The translations under genes and the position numbers were made by a program. A stretch of 63,343 nucleotides of DNA, filler included, from Hausera hauseri (Eukaryota), in the NCBI GenBank assembly GCA_046269625.1. It is 12 parts of 12 records of this genome, joined end to end, with 100 filler letters (N's around TTAATTAATTAA, not from the genome) between each part and the next. Parts side by side here need not be neighbours in the genome. Positions count along the whole stretch, not along the records: positions 9,055 to 15,273 come from JBJURY010123984.1; positions 15,374 to 21,121 come from JBJURY010195748.1; positions 21,222 to 25,364 come from JBJURY010737321.1; 9 more parts are not named here. One strand, 5' to 3'. Positions 11,380 through 23,869 of the stretch are shown here, piece after piece. Numbering within the stretch: the first letter of the stretch is position 1; every line of letters begins with the position of its first letter. Below the pieces are notes generated by a model that did not search any database, was not told the DNA's origin, and saw nothing but the letters and a program-made list of their open reading frames with translations.

Positions 11380-14300
11380 TAGCATTACGTACGGTGGACG
11401 TATGGTTGGAAGATGGAGAGCGAAAAATAAGTGTATGTTGTTAGATGATGCGAGTACAGAATGCTTCGTAAAACGTTCTGTCGCAGAGCAATTAAAATTA
11501 ATTGGTAGTCAGGAAAATGTGTCCGTCATGGTGGTAGGTGGAAAAACAACGAAGTCGAAAATGGAAAGAGTAAAAATAAAGTTACGAAGTAAGAACGGGA
11601 AGGTTGACATCCCATTTGAAGCGTTGGTCCTCCATGATCCAACTGGGAAAATAATGGCCGTAAATTGGGAGGTCGAGAAAAGCAAATGGCCACATTTGAG
11701 AGAAATAAAGTTCGCCGCTCAAAAATCGCCGAAATCGGTTGATGGAATAATTGGTGCGAACTATATGCATTTGCATAGGTCTATAAAGGAAATAGCAGGA
11801 AAAGAAATGAACCGGTAGCCAGAATGACTCCACTCGGATGGACGTGCGTTGGTGTGATCGGAGATGAAAGGAAAAAGGTAAGGACAAATTTCGTTGGAAC
11901 ATTTTAGACAAGAACCGTTGAAGTGAAAAAGGATTGGAACAGATTATGGGAAGCAGAACAGTGATTCCAGGAAAAGGCGGAGCTAAATAATTTGGAGATT
12001 GAACTGTTGAAAAAGTAACGAACGGAATAAAATATGAAAAAGATAGATTTTGTGTTAAACTACCCTGTAAGGAAGAAAGGCATCCAGATGTTAGTGGGTT
12101 TGACACATCATGGATGGCAAGGAGATGATTAGAGCTGCTAATAAAGAAATTAGATAAAGATAGTAGGGTAAAAGACGAATACAACAAAGTCATTAAAGAA
12201 TACGAAGAAAAATCATATACAAGAAAAATATCGAAGGAAGAAGAAGAAGAAACCAAATGGCTGTTGCCACATTTTCCTGTTGTCAAGTTTGACCGTGACA
12301 CCACAAAATGTCGTACAGTCTTTGATGCAGCCGCAAAAATCAAGGGAAAGTGTCTAAATGACTTCTTAGAAATCGGCCCAAAGTTACAACTCGACGTAAT
12401 TGACATCTTACTCCGAATGCGTCGTAACAAGTACGTCTTAGTTTGCGACATACACGAGATGTTCCTCCAAATTTCAGTGGATCCAGCAGATAAAAAATAC
12501 CTACGCTTTTTATGGAGGAAAGATGAAAAGGAAGTTTTTTACGAATTCAACAGACTGGTGTTTGGATTGAATAGTTCCCCGTTTTTAGCGCAGTTAGTAT
12601 CCAGAGTTAATGCAGAAGAGTTTAAAGAAGTATATCCGAGAGCAGTAGAAACCATAACGTGTTCAACATATATGGATGATTGTATAGACGCAGTACCCAC
12701 AGAAGATGCAGTAGTAGAATTATATCATGGACTGAATACGATATGGAATAGAGCAGGAATGGCTCCACATAAATGGGCAACTAACTCAGAACAACTTGTC
12801 GCTAAAATCCCACATGTAAAGAAATCGAAGGAATATAATATATTGGAGAAAAACACGATTATCACAAAGACATTGGGTATGAAGTGGGAAGTAGAAAAAG
12901 ACAAATACTCGTTCGATAAAAGGATTATAATTGAAAACACAATCACGAAGAGAACATTACTGAGTGCGGTAGCCAAAATATATGATCCGTTGGGATTCTT
13001 AAGTTGTTATACCATAACCGGAAAGATGATGATACAGGAGTTATGAATTGGGAATTATGGATGGGATCAAAAACTACCAGAGGAGACAACGAAAAGAATA
13101 GTCTTGGATGGAACAGGCCTACTTATTGAACGAAATAGAGATCGAGAGGTACCTGAAATTGGATAAAGATGAGGACTGGGAATTACATATTTTGTGACGC
13201 CTCAAGATTAGATTATGGCGCAGTGGGCTATGTTAGAACCAGGAAAAAGGACGGAGACTTCTCCACTGCATTGGTAGCAGCTAAAGCGAAAGTAACTCCA
13301 GTTAAATCGATAGCGATACCCAGGCTGGAGTTACTAGCGGCTTGCGTGGGAACTAAATTGAAAGAAAGACTAATAAAAGCTTTGGAAGGTAATAATGAAA
13401 AGGTTACACTCTGGACCGATAGCAAAAATGTGTTACATTGGATCCAAAATTGCAGTAAGCACTATAAAACATTCGTAGCAAATCGCATAGCTTACATACA
13501 GGAACATTCATCAAACGTTCAGTGAAAATATGTGAAAACAAGCGAAAATCCAGCAGACGGATTGTCAAGAGGCTAATCTATACAGGAAATAAAGGAGAAT
13601 CATAGTTGGTGGCACGGACCAAAGTTACTGTCTGAAGATGAACTTAGTTCGTCGAAACAACCCAAAGAATTTTCGAAGAAAACGGATGCAGAAAGAAGAA
13701 AAGAAACTGTTAATTTGTTTACATGGTCAGAAAACGGTCACAATCAATAGCTAGAAACAAGAAGTTTTTAATAAGTAATAAAGAGAACAAAACTACATTA
13801 ATGAACGAAAGATCTCGGTGGCAGAATTGTGTTGAATTAAAGGTAAATCAATTAGTACAACAAGAAGGAATAAGCACAATAGAGGTGGACCAATCATATC
13901 TTTTTAACAAGGCCGAAAAAGAACTTATAAAATCAGATCAAGAGCGAGAATTTCAAGCCGAAATAAAATTACTTAAAGAAAAAAGGCTATAAATAACAAA
14001 GGCCCAATATCCAAGGCAGACCCAATTTTAGACACTGAAGGCATCTTACGTTCTAACAGCCGATTAATCACGACACCACGGTTGAGTTGGGAATTCAAGT
14101 ACCCAATAATACTATCATCTAGAAGTCAAATCACAAAGTTGATAATAGAAGATACACATTTAAAACTGAAACATGCTGCGGGAATAAACCACCAGGTGGC
14201 TGAATTGTCTCAAAAGTTTTGGTTCCCAAAAATGCGGAAATTGGTAAAATCCTATCAAAATTATTGTAAAACGTGCCAGAGAGACAGAGCAAAAGTGACG

Positions 14301-15273
14301 AACGTTAAAATGGCTCCTATACCAACATTCAAACTTCAACTTCCTTTAAAGGCCTTCGACAAGATAGGCGTAGACTTTGCAGGACCGATAAATACCAAAC
14401 AAAAAAGAGGACATATCCAAGAAAAACGTTTTATCTGCCTTTTCACGTGTCTTGTTTGCAGAGGAATACATTTAGAATTAGCCTCGGGCCTGGATTCAGA
14501 TTCATTTATTCGAGCGTTTAAAAGATTCGTGTCAAGAAGGGGACGACCATTGATAGTCGTTTCTGATAATGGAACGAATTTTGTCGGAGCCGATAAATTT
14601 ATGAAACACAAGTGGATAGTTACTCAGCGAAATTGAACATGGAGAAAAATCATATTCGATGGATATCTAACCCTCCAGGCGCACCACATTTTGGTGGAGC
14701 CTATGAAGCACTAATAAAATCAGTTAAAAGAACACTGAATAAAATCCTGGGAAACGCTCGAGTCACCGATGAAGAACTATTAACTATTATGTGAGATTGA
14801 AGGAATAATAAATAGTAGACCACTCACATTTCCATCCGTTGACAGTAAAGACGACATAATTCTCACACCTAACCATTTCATTATAGCCGGTCACAACTCC
14901 GAAATCAATCCAAATGTCACAGGTACAACGAAGAGCAGCACAACTGCACGATGGCTATATGTACAGTCAATAAGTGATGAGTATTGGAAAAGATGGAGAA
15001 AGGAATTATTGATAACTTGGAGGACAAAGGAAAAATGGCAGAGTGGAAAAATCGACATTAACCCAGGAGATAGAGTTTGGATACTAGAAACAATAGAAAA
15101 AAGGAACCATTGGCCAGTAGCCGAGATAACTAAAATATTTCCTGGACAAGATGGGATCGTACGAGTTGTTGAAATCTCACAGAACGGTGAGGTCTATCGG
15201 CGACCCATCAATAAAGTTTGTAAAGTAGAAAAGGAATTAAGTGACTGGAATAATTTGGGAGCAATAGATAGTT
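11380..15273 (+). pseudogene. pol: BEL/Pao pol (aspartic protease, RT, RNase H, integrase)
   Basis: LLDDASTECFV; PHFPVV..TTKCRTVFDAAA, LND.LEIGP, DIHEMFLQI, FGLNSSPF, YMDD; FCDAS..YGAV, IPRLELLAA, WTDS; VDFAGP, CLFTCL..RGIHLEL, SDNGTNFVGA, PHFGGAYE. Confidence 0.93.
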
Positions 15274-15373
15274 NNNNNNNNNNNNNNNNNNNNNNNNNNN
15301 NNNNNNNNNNNNNNNNNTTAATTAATTAANNNNNNNNNNNNNNNNNNNNNNNNNNNNNNNNNNNNNNNNNNNN
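15274..15373. other. Artificial contig-joining linker
   Basis: 44 N + TTAATTAATTAA + 44 N. Confidence 0.97.
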
Positions 15374-17689
15374 GATGTCAATATGCACGGATTCGAAACG
15401 TAATGTGCAGGTAAAGTGGAATAAAGGTGGCTTTAAATGTTTAGTTGTTTTGTATTTTGGCATGCCACACATTCCTTAACCCATGCCTGCACATCAGAAC
15501 GCATTGACGGCCGTATTACTTGTAGATGAAGTAGACAAAAAGTGGCTTTAGCACCAAAATTGTGTAACGAATGTACGTTGTGAAAAGCTTGCCTTTGCAA
15601 CGATGGTGCTAGAATTATTACGGAATGGCCTGGTTTGTAGGTGTCTAAAGCCACACCGTCAACGATTGTGCAAGACTTAATAGACTTAGGCATGTCTTTA
15701 GCTGGCTGGTTCTGTTGAAGTTGATCTTGCGTAAAAATGGGGACAAAATTAATCGAAGTAACCGACCAAAATAAAAAATCAGCAACTAAATTGTTAACTC
15801 CGTTAATATGTTTAATATCGAAGTTTAATGTTGATAAGTATGATATTTGACGTTCTTGGCGTGTGGAAAAGTGTTTCATGACCATGATGTTAAGTAAGGG
15901 CTTGTTATGAGTTTGTAGAGTAAAATGATGAGCTACAAGTAGGTGTGAAAAGTGCTTTAAGGCGAGAACGATTGCCAATAATTCTCAATCAAAAGTGGAA
16001 TATTTGGTTTCAGGTGCTGTTAGTTTGCGAGAGAAAAATTCCAGTGGTTGGTTTTTTCCTTTGTAGATCTGGTGGAGTACAGCGCCTACTGCAGTGGTTG
16101 ACGCGTCTGTGGTGAGGATACGCTCTGCATGAGGCTTGGGAAAAGCAAGAATATCAACGGTTTTGATGCCTTCGCGTAGCTTGTCAAATTTGTAAACTAG
16201 TTTAGGTGCCCACTGAATTGTATGATGTTTTTTGCCGCCACTTAGTTGTGCGAATGGTGATGTCAATAACGAGCAATAGGGTACGTATTTATGCACGAAG
16301 TGTAGTGTGTTAAGGAAGATACGCATTTCAGTGGTTGTACGTGGCAATTGGATGCTTTAAGGGCTTCAACTCGGTCTGACTGGGGAGAATAACCGTCTGG
16401 TGTGATAATGTGGCCTAAGAAGTTAATTTGTTTTTTGAAAAAGTAGAATTTGTTTAAGTTAATCTGGAGATTACAGTGGTGAAGACGTTGGAATATTGCG
16501 CGAAGGTGTTCTTCGTGTAGTTTGGCGGAAAATAAAACGACTAAAATATCGTCGATATAAGGGTGTGCAAACGAGAAATCGAAAAAAAATGTAATCAATG
16601 TGTCGTTGAAAAGTTTGTACGGCATTCCGCAAACCGAATGGCATAAAGAGGTATTTATAAAGGCCAAAAGGAGTAGTTACAGCGGTTTTTTCTATGTCTT
16701 CGGGTGCTACCGGTATTTGATGGCATGCTTTAGTTAGATCAATGGTGGAATAGATGGTGGTTGAATTAAGGCGATGCAAGATATCCTTAATGAGTGGTAA
16801 AAGATATGCGTCCATGATAGTCAAGTTATTCAGCTGTCAGTAGTCACCGTATGGTCGAAAGTACCATCTTTTTTATGTACAACGTGTAACAGTAATGACC
16901 AAGGGGATTTGGAACGGCGTACTATGCCGAAACGTTCTAGTTTGACAAATTCGGATTCTACGGCTTGTCTACGGCGAGGTGACAGAGGCCGTACCTTTTG
17001 GCGTATTGGACGTTGATGCAGTGTGACTATATGGTGTAAAGTGCTGTTGGCGGGCGTAAAAGTACGATATTTTTTAAGTACGCGTGGACATGATTTGTTA
17101 ATGAATTGCTGTAACGTTTCAGGTAGCTGTAATAGATTCGGTGAAAGTGGTGCAACGTTTTGAGTGGTAGCAGATGCGATGTGTGAGTTGTTAGGTGACG
17201 TGCAGTCAAGTAATATTTGGTGTAAGATGGCTGAATTGAAAATGGTGTTGGTTAAGGTATTTTCGTCGAATAAGTTATCGTTGGTGGAAGTACCACAATT
17301 ATCGACATTGAACTTCGATCAAATGTCAGTATTATTTCAAATTTACGAATAGAATTATGAAAATTCGGATTATTGTTATAAAAAATTGAATTATTCGCCG
17401 ACTTTTTAAAGATTGATCTCCGCATTGCGTGTCGACTGCGCGGTAGTCGAAACGCTATTTACATGTCCAGAAATGTCGCCAACGGTGCCCTTCCTCAAAC
17501 AGCGCTGACTGCAGTCAACCAGTAAGTTGTATTGTGTGATAAAGTCAGATCCAAAAATTGACGACTAAACGTTAGCGACAGGGCAGTGATTGCTGCATTT
17601 AGCTTAAAGACTGCGAGAGATGTGTCGGCGTTCAGAATGTGAAAGAGTGCCTTCGTCAGAGTTTGCCGTGACCTCTGGCCGCGAACTTA
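15374..17689 (-). pseudogene. pol: pol, frameshifted, protease partly deleted
   Basis: ORFs 16471-16824, 16263-16667, 15985-16347 and 15433-15978 carry RT, RNase H and integrase zinc-binding (H..H..C..C) motifs. Confidence 0.9.
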
Positions 17690-19254
17690 GTTGTTTGGAA
17701 AAAGATCAACTGGGACAACTGTGAGAAGTAAGGGCAATATGTCCGTCGTTCGTGTTGGATTAGAAGGTACAGCCAGAGATACATTTACGTGCTTGATTTT
17801 TGAATCTCGCATAATAAATGGAAACAACGATATCCGAGGAAAACTTCTGGTTATAAAATTAGCAACCCAGGCAACATTTCTGAGCATTAGTTTTGCATCT
17901 GCTGCGGTAATAGCAGATCGACGAACGCGCAGGCAATAATGAGCGGTTTTGTGACGGAACGGGTACGGGAAGCGGCAAAACCCCCTAGTCGGGACAGAGA
18001 CAACTTGTTTAGCTTATTGTTAATGTTGTTGATTGTTGCATGTAATGCCATGTTTTCAGCACGTAGCTGATAAAGTTGTTGTTCTACGGATGTAGTGTTT
18101 GATTGTATGTCGTTAGTTGCGACTGCTGCTAAAACTAATGGTTGGGAATTGATAAGTAGGACATTGTGTGTCCTGTCAGCTAATTTGGCCAATTTTTCAA
18201 GCGGCGTAAAACCCCCACGACGGTAAGGAGGGCACAAATTTGAAAAGGTAGGGCATTAACAAAATAGTGGCGCAGAAGATCTGAGTTGTGCTGATTAGTG
18301 ACGCCGAGAGTACGTAAGTGTGCTAACGAGGTGCGTAAGAAGTCACTGGGTTTTTATATCCCCAATGCATTTTCGTTAAAGAAGCGTTGCATTATGGAAT
18401 CAATTGATGGTTTTGTCTGTTTTAATACAGCGTCGAATAATTGGGAAGAAGGGTCAAAGTGTTAAAATATGTCCAGTAAGTTATGGATTGAGGCTTTTAT
18501 AGAGTTTGGGAGAAGATAAAGTAGGCTATGGGCTTTGGATAAGAAGTCTGTGATACCGTTGGACTGCAACCAGAATTGATGGAAGTGGAGCCACGTTTTT
18601 CTGGACATTTCATTATCTATAAAGTAGTCAGTGCAATGTGGAGAAGTACTGATTGGATTTTTGTTTGAAGAATTTTCGTCGGTTGAAGTAAGTGGATGAT
18701 TTGTTCTGGTGTAGTAGAGAATGGGTATAACCTTTTTTGTGGTGGTTGTATCCGTGGTGTCAATAGTTGGTGGAGAGTTCATACCACCACGTATACGGAG
18801 ATGTATATGGAGGCAATTGTGGTTTGACAGAAGGTAAAGGTCCGATCAGGGGTATGATAGTGCCATTATGGGTGAAACAAAAGACAGGAGAATTGAGTAA
18901 AGTTCCAGTCAGGTGTATGATAGTGCAATTATGAGTGAAATAAAAGACAGAATTGAGTAAAAAAGAAAGAGTTACGAAGGGTTGGAATGTGTGGGTATGA
19001 TACATTGAGGGTATAGATGTTTATTGTTGAAAGAAAATAAATGTGGGAACAGTGGTGCGCTCTGGGAGCGTAATGTAGGGCCAACGCCGAAGGCGCCGTC
19101 CGACCGACCGGCGCAGGGTTGGCGGCCTCAACTTCCGCCCTGGCACGGCGGGCATGAAAATGCGGGGTAACCGAATCTTCCTCTTGAGGTGTGGTAAAAT
19201 ACGACTGAGAAGTGCCATCATCGCTGTAGATAATATGATCGTTAAATGGAACAT
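17687..19254 (-). pseudogene. gag: gag with N-terminal ubiquitin-like segment ending RIRGG
   Basis: Capsid motifs (NALGD.KPSDFLR, LLRHYF.NALP, LA.LAD) shared with 46425-47838; tandem CHCC-like motifs near the 3' end. Confidence 0.8.
18846..18962. repeat. Imperfect tandem duplication, about 63-bp period
   Basis: tcagg(g/t)gtatgatagtgc(c/a)attatg(g/a)gtgaaa(c/t)aaaagacag..aattgagtaaa occurs twice. Confidence 0.85.
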
Positions 19255-19506
19255 AAAAGCATAATGAGATTAATTTGGTAAGAATTAGGAGAAAGTGAGA
19301 AATGTATTTTGCATCACACTTTCGATCATCATATGGAGGTTATGGTTGTTTAGGAACATATTAGCAAAAACGATAAAAATATTGTAATCAGGACAACTTA
19401 CATTGGACCATATTGCGGAAGTTCCTTTGCTCAAGCTCAAGGATCGGACAGTTGGTTTGTCAGCGATGACAAGCCCAATAAATTTCCCAACGTATCGATT
19501 GATCTC

Positions 19507-19962
19507 TTAGTTCCAATCAAATAGAGTTTGTATCAGACTGAAGTAGACAGGCAACGGACAACAGCCATTACTAAGAATGCAAGCTAACTCGATAACGATA
19601 TGTAAGTTCGTACAGGCAGTGGCAACATCAGCAGCCTGTTTCTGTTGAATGGTAGAAAAAGCCAACCAGTGTCGAACGTCATCGTCCTCATCAGATTCTT
19701 CGGAACTTGAGGAAATTATTGGTTTTGACTTCAATTTTGTCACCCATTGTTTTTTATTATTCCAATCAACGTCTTCTTCAGATGACAAAGAATTATGTTT
19801 AGTTTTTAATTCAAGCTCATCAGACTTTGACTCAGTGGTTTTCTTCAATTCTCGGACGTTGCTTACGGAAGATGTATTGGAGGTATTTTTGAATTTATTA
19901 TCACGTGTTTCTGAAAAATACAATAGAGTCGAAAAATATTCTAAATCTACATAAATCTCCAC
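19507..19962 (-). CDS. Unassigned ORF with Ser/acidic tracts, possibly a host-gene fragment
   Basis: 151-codon ORF with SSEED and SSSSEESDEDDD tracts; no family recognised. Confidence 0.25.
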   Translation of the reverse strand: MEIYVDLEYFSTLLYFSETRDNKFKNTSNTSSVSNVRELKKTTESKSDELELKTKHNSLSSEEDVDWNNKKQWVTKLKSKPIISSSSEESDEDDDVRHWLAFSTIQQKQAADVATACTNLHIVIELACILSNGCCPLPVYFSLIQTLFDWN

Positions 19963-20887
19963 AATTTGAATATTTTCACTTGAGTTACATATTTACAAAT
20001 AAGAGTCACTGGTCTTGCCGAAAAGATTGTGATTGGTTTAACTGTTATAATTCTCACATACCATAGAGATTATTTTATTAAAAGCCTTTTACAGTGTGGA
20101 TTGACTATGATCGGTACACAGTTATGGCTAGCAGAGGTGATATTTTTAAACATCAAATCAAGAACGTTTGGTCAACCCTCGAAATGTTCGAAAATGGCAA
20201 TGGAATCATAATGATCTCAAAAGAAGAACAGAAGTGTATTAATAGTCAACTCTTCACATTAAGCCACATGTAGACAATTAAAAATCCGTGGTCATGGTAA
20301 ACTAAAATAAACCAAATAACACATACATAATGGATGGTGCCATAAGCACTAGATATATTCCGGGAAAGTTGACCCAAAAGCGAAAACCGTATGACGAATC
20401 AATTATTTTGATACAAACCCAACATTTATGGAATTTTTAACCCAAGAAACGTTAAGTCAGTGACTACCAAAAATCGACAATTTCATTCACAGAAGAGTCT
20501 ATCTTCTTGATTAAATAAACATTTAAAACATGGTTTCGTTTTAGACTAATGGTTAAAATGAGTAACAAGGAACAGCACCGTACTGACGTAACATTTAGAA
20601 GCCCATGTTGCATAATCTTAGTTTTGTTTGCAAAAATTCTGTCCATATTATTAATCATCATAACATTTTGTGCTTGTAGAATCTGTAGAAGTTTGTTGGT
20701 GCTATAAAACTTGCTAAATTAAGCACAACAAAATAACATTTAAGATTTTTGAAAAGCAAAGTTTTGATTTTTCGATGACAGTACGGCTAAATCTTGGATT
20801 TTTCAAACAAATCAATTTGTTAATCGTTTTAGAGATGAAGCTTCGAAAAAATTATCATCTGAATTAAAGTAATAATTCCTCATAGTA

Positions 20888-21121
20888 TTAGGGTGGTGCA
20901 TAAGCACCCGACTAGTCTATCAAAACGTTTTAATGAAGTAAAAACACCTTGTAACCACGTTTTTTATTTAACCGAATCATTCAACTATGGATCGCACAAA
21001 CAATCACATTCGAAATTGTATTTTATTTATGTTTAATCTTGGGAAATCTGACAAAGAAGCAAAAGAATGGATTTGTGAAGCGTATGGAAAAGACGTTATT
21101 GGACTCACTGAGGTTAAAGAC
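20888..21121 (+). mobile_element. Mariner (Tc1/mariner) transposon 5' end: TIR plus N-terminal HTH of the transposase
   Basis: TA|TTAGGGTGGTGCATAAG terminus; ORF from 20987 HIRNCILFMFNLGKS.KEA...ICEAYGKD matches the mariner HTH pattern; truncated by the contig end. Confidence 0.8.
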
Positions 21122-21221
21122 NNNNNNNNNNNNNNNNNNNNNNNNNNNNNNNNNNNNNNNNNNNNTTAATTAATTAANNNNNNNNNNNNNNNNNNNNNNN
21201 NNNNNNNNNNNNNNNNNNNNN
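21122..21221. other. Artificial contig-joining linker
   Basis: 44 N + TTAATTAATTAA + 44 N. Confidence 0.97.
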
Positions 21222-21850
21222 GGTGTTCCTGTCGCGAAATAGTAAAATAATATCCGCATTCTGATGAGAAACCAACGACAAACAATTTGTACGGATTTTA
21301 CAGAATTTCATATTATAGACTGGGGGTAAACCTCTGGAATATTGAGTAAGATCAATTTGTGCTAAACTGATTATCATTGACTTACGAAGTGAAATGGTTA
21401 TAAGTAGGAATCTTATTGTGGAATAAATAATGCCATGACCTAAGTCTTGTGATTCGGGTATTTCCTCACAGACAAAACCGGGGAAAAGTGATGCTGTGCC
21501 AACAATGATATTCACAGAAATGTGTTGGAAAAAAGGAGAACAGATATTATTAATAAAAAATGTAAAAAAATAACTGCCGGGAGAATAGCGCATAAATATC
21601 AATCTTACCCCACCGCGCGCCGGTTTCTCCTGTTCTTGTTTCTCTGCGTCCTGCTTAGGTTTCGAGGTTAGTAGAGTTCATATTGCATGGATTAGATTGT
21701 TAAATTTGTAGAAAAATTCGACGGAACAATGTTTTGCTGTTTTAGTGAGCAGAAAAATTTTAGTGAGTTTTCTAAAGAAAAAGAAAAAATGCGACACACG
21801 CAAGCGGCAAATTGGGGGGAAAATCCACTGACATTGCGTATGTTACATTG

Positions 21851-22700
21851 TTACAATCTTTGTCCCAAATCCTTACAGAGATCATGAAGTTCATCGGCAA
21901 ACACATAAGTCAGAATCCATGTTAGTGTCTCTTTCCAATGTTGAAGATTGCTTTTCAGGACTAATTCGTGCCAATTACGTTTTAGAGCAATGTGAAATAG
22001 ATAGTTTGATTGTTTGTTTTCTAGGTTATGCTCCGAAATTTTCGATTGCGCCATATCAAGCAAGTCTTGACGGCCCGAGTTAAATGTTAACAATGCAGCT
22101 TCGTCATGACTATTTTCAAGAAGCAGTGCATTGATAGCGGTTGTAAAATCTCCGGTCATTAAAGCAACAAACAACGTTATATCTTCATGATCATCATCAG
22201 GCAACAAGTCAATTTTATTAATACTCACATCATCAAATTCGCAATGAATTCTGTCAACTATATCACTATGATCAGTGTCGTTTACTAAAGAAACGTTATT
22301 CAAGTATGTGCCATGAATGTTTTCAGAATCTTCTGATGGCAATCTACCATATCCCAGATATTCTAAAAATGCCGATCGACTGTCTTCATAAAAGTGACAC
22401 TGAATGAATTTCCAAATGTTCAAGTCAAACTGCAGATCTTTTTGATTCGAAAAATCAGTTTCCTTTCGATGAGAAATATCGATAGTTCTCTGATGACAAA
22501 ATTCACGAAGAGACTCTGAATCCTTCATAGCATCGTCTAATTGCTTGGATTTATCAACAAGCAATCTATCGGTGGTCACTTGACTGATCAACACCTTAAT
22601 GTGACCTTCTATTTCAACCACCGAACCTGTCACATTTATACTGTTATTTCGAGATCGTGCGAATCCGTTCTATACAATTGTACAAATTTTCCACCATTGA
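21851..22700 (-). pseudogene. SEC31: Sec31 (COPII outer coat) internal fragment, end of WD40 region plus ACE1 solenoid, intronless
   Basis: GGKFVQL, VLISQVTT, IWKFIQCHFYEDSRSAFLEYLGY, ALMTGDFTTAI, NWHELV..SNLQHWKETL..ILTY...ELHDLCKDLGQRL resemble the recalled Sec31A VFISQVVT...SRGKYLELLGY...LKNWREALAAVLTY...LCDLLGTRL. Confidence 0.85.
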
Positions 22701-22739
22701 ATTCGTCGAAAATATTGGTCATTATTTCATAAATAGCGT

Positions 22740-23800
22740 TTACCTTTGATGTTTCGACATTCCTTAGTCTTTGGCCTTTATTATGCGAATATTCAAATAA
22801 AAAACACTCAACACCGTTCCCGATTTAAATTCGTACGGCTCTGGAAAGTAGTGGCTAATTTTCAATGTTTTCCCATATATAATGAAGGCGTGAAAGTATA
22901 TGGTCTGAAGCCACTCTTAGATAATTTCACAATTTGAACTTGGACAAATTCTCAGCTGGAAAAACCATGAATTGGGGTATTTCAACATGAGACAATTGTT
23001 CTTCCGTTCCCAATTTGAACAATATTTTCGCAATTTTCTCAACAAACGAAAAAAAACGGACAAAATATAGCTTTGAATTCCATCTTACTTATTGCAATGC
23101 CAAGGTCGATTCGTTTGGCTCGTCGAGTGACGAAGAGAGTTCGCAAGCAATAACGACAAAAGCCAATATTGTTACCGAATTGACTGAAATAGTTCAACGA
23201 CATACTACAATACTTTTCCACGTCATTTGTTGAAAATTCAGACCAGGTTTCTTCAAAAAATTTCCAGCAGTTATTGTCAAAGTAATGTTTTAGTCCTTTT
23301 GATTTCATTGCCTTTCTTAATACGTACTTCAATTTGTAATACGATTGAATAATATCAATATGGTGGCAAAAATCAGATGAATTCGGTACCTCATATTCGA
23401 CAACAGAAGACAAGCCTTCCTGTATAAACAAAGAATACATGCGTTTTCGAAGGGCCACCAATAAACTGTGTATGTCTTCTTTAGAGCTTGAAGAACTGGA
23501 TTCAACACAATTTCGCTGATAGGAAAATCCATGAAAAACTGTCAAAGCTGTATTGATTATATCGCCATTTACGTATCTTCTTTCGATATATTTCCACAGC
23601 TCTTCATTTTATTTTGGTGTAAAAGTTAACACACGTTCTGTAATGCTTTGTTTATAAAATTCTAGGCAAAACTGTAAATAATTTGTGATATCTGGCCGAT
23701 TAGTACAAAATTCTGCAAACTGACACCAATGTGGTTTATTGGTATATACCACAATTTTTAATAATTCCATGAGAGAACAAATGCATATCATAGTCAAGCA
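22740..23800 (-). pseudogene. FAM120/asteroid-like protein fragment, disrupted
   Basis: WKYIERRYVNGDIINTALTVFHG...NCVE...IHSLLVALRKRMYSLF...VVEYEV resembles the FAM120/ASTE1 region (H..G.M...L..G....E......L.RPVRQ..YG.L); in-frame stops present. Confidence 0.45.
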
Positions 23801-23869
23801 ACATTAACGATTTATTTCTATTCGAAATTCAATCACATTTTTTAAACTTATACAACAAAATCCATTGGT

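Larger units (their letters stand above)
9055..15273 (+). mobile_element. BEL/Pao LTR retrotransposon, nearly full internal region, decayed
   Basis: DUF1759-type Gag, BEL-type protease, RT, Pao RNase H, integrase and DUF5641-like tail in canonical order; PBS at the 5' end. Confidence 0.93.
15374..19254 (-). mobile_element. Ty3/Gypsy family B copy 2 (UBL-gag, partly deleted protease, RT, RH, start of IN)
   Basis: RT and RH motifs as in copy 1 (YIDD, LTTDAS, LEFFSRKL, YSTFD); Gag with LEKLAKLADRT and HLRIRGG|M. Confidence 0.9.

Noticed and set aside
11582-12451. 289-aa antisense ORF, and similar antisense ORFs over gag/pol regions
   Set aside because: They shadow recognisable sense-strand retroelement coding sequence and have no motifs of their own.
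21222-21640. 142-aa minus-strand ORF at the contig edge
   Set aside because: No recognisable motif and it runs into the linker.
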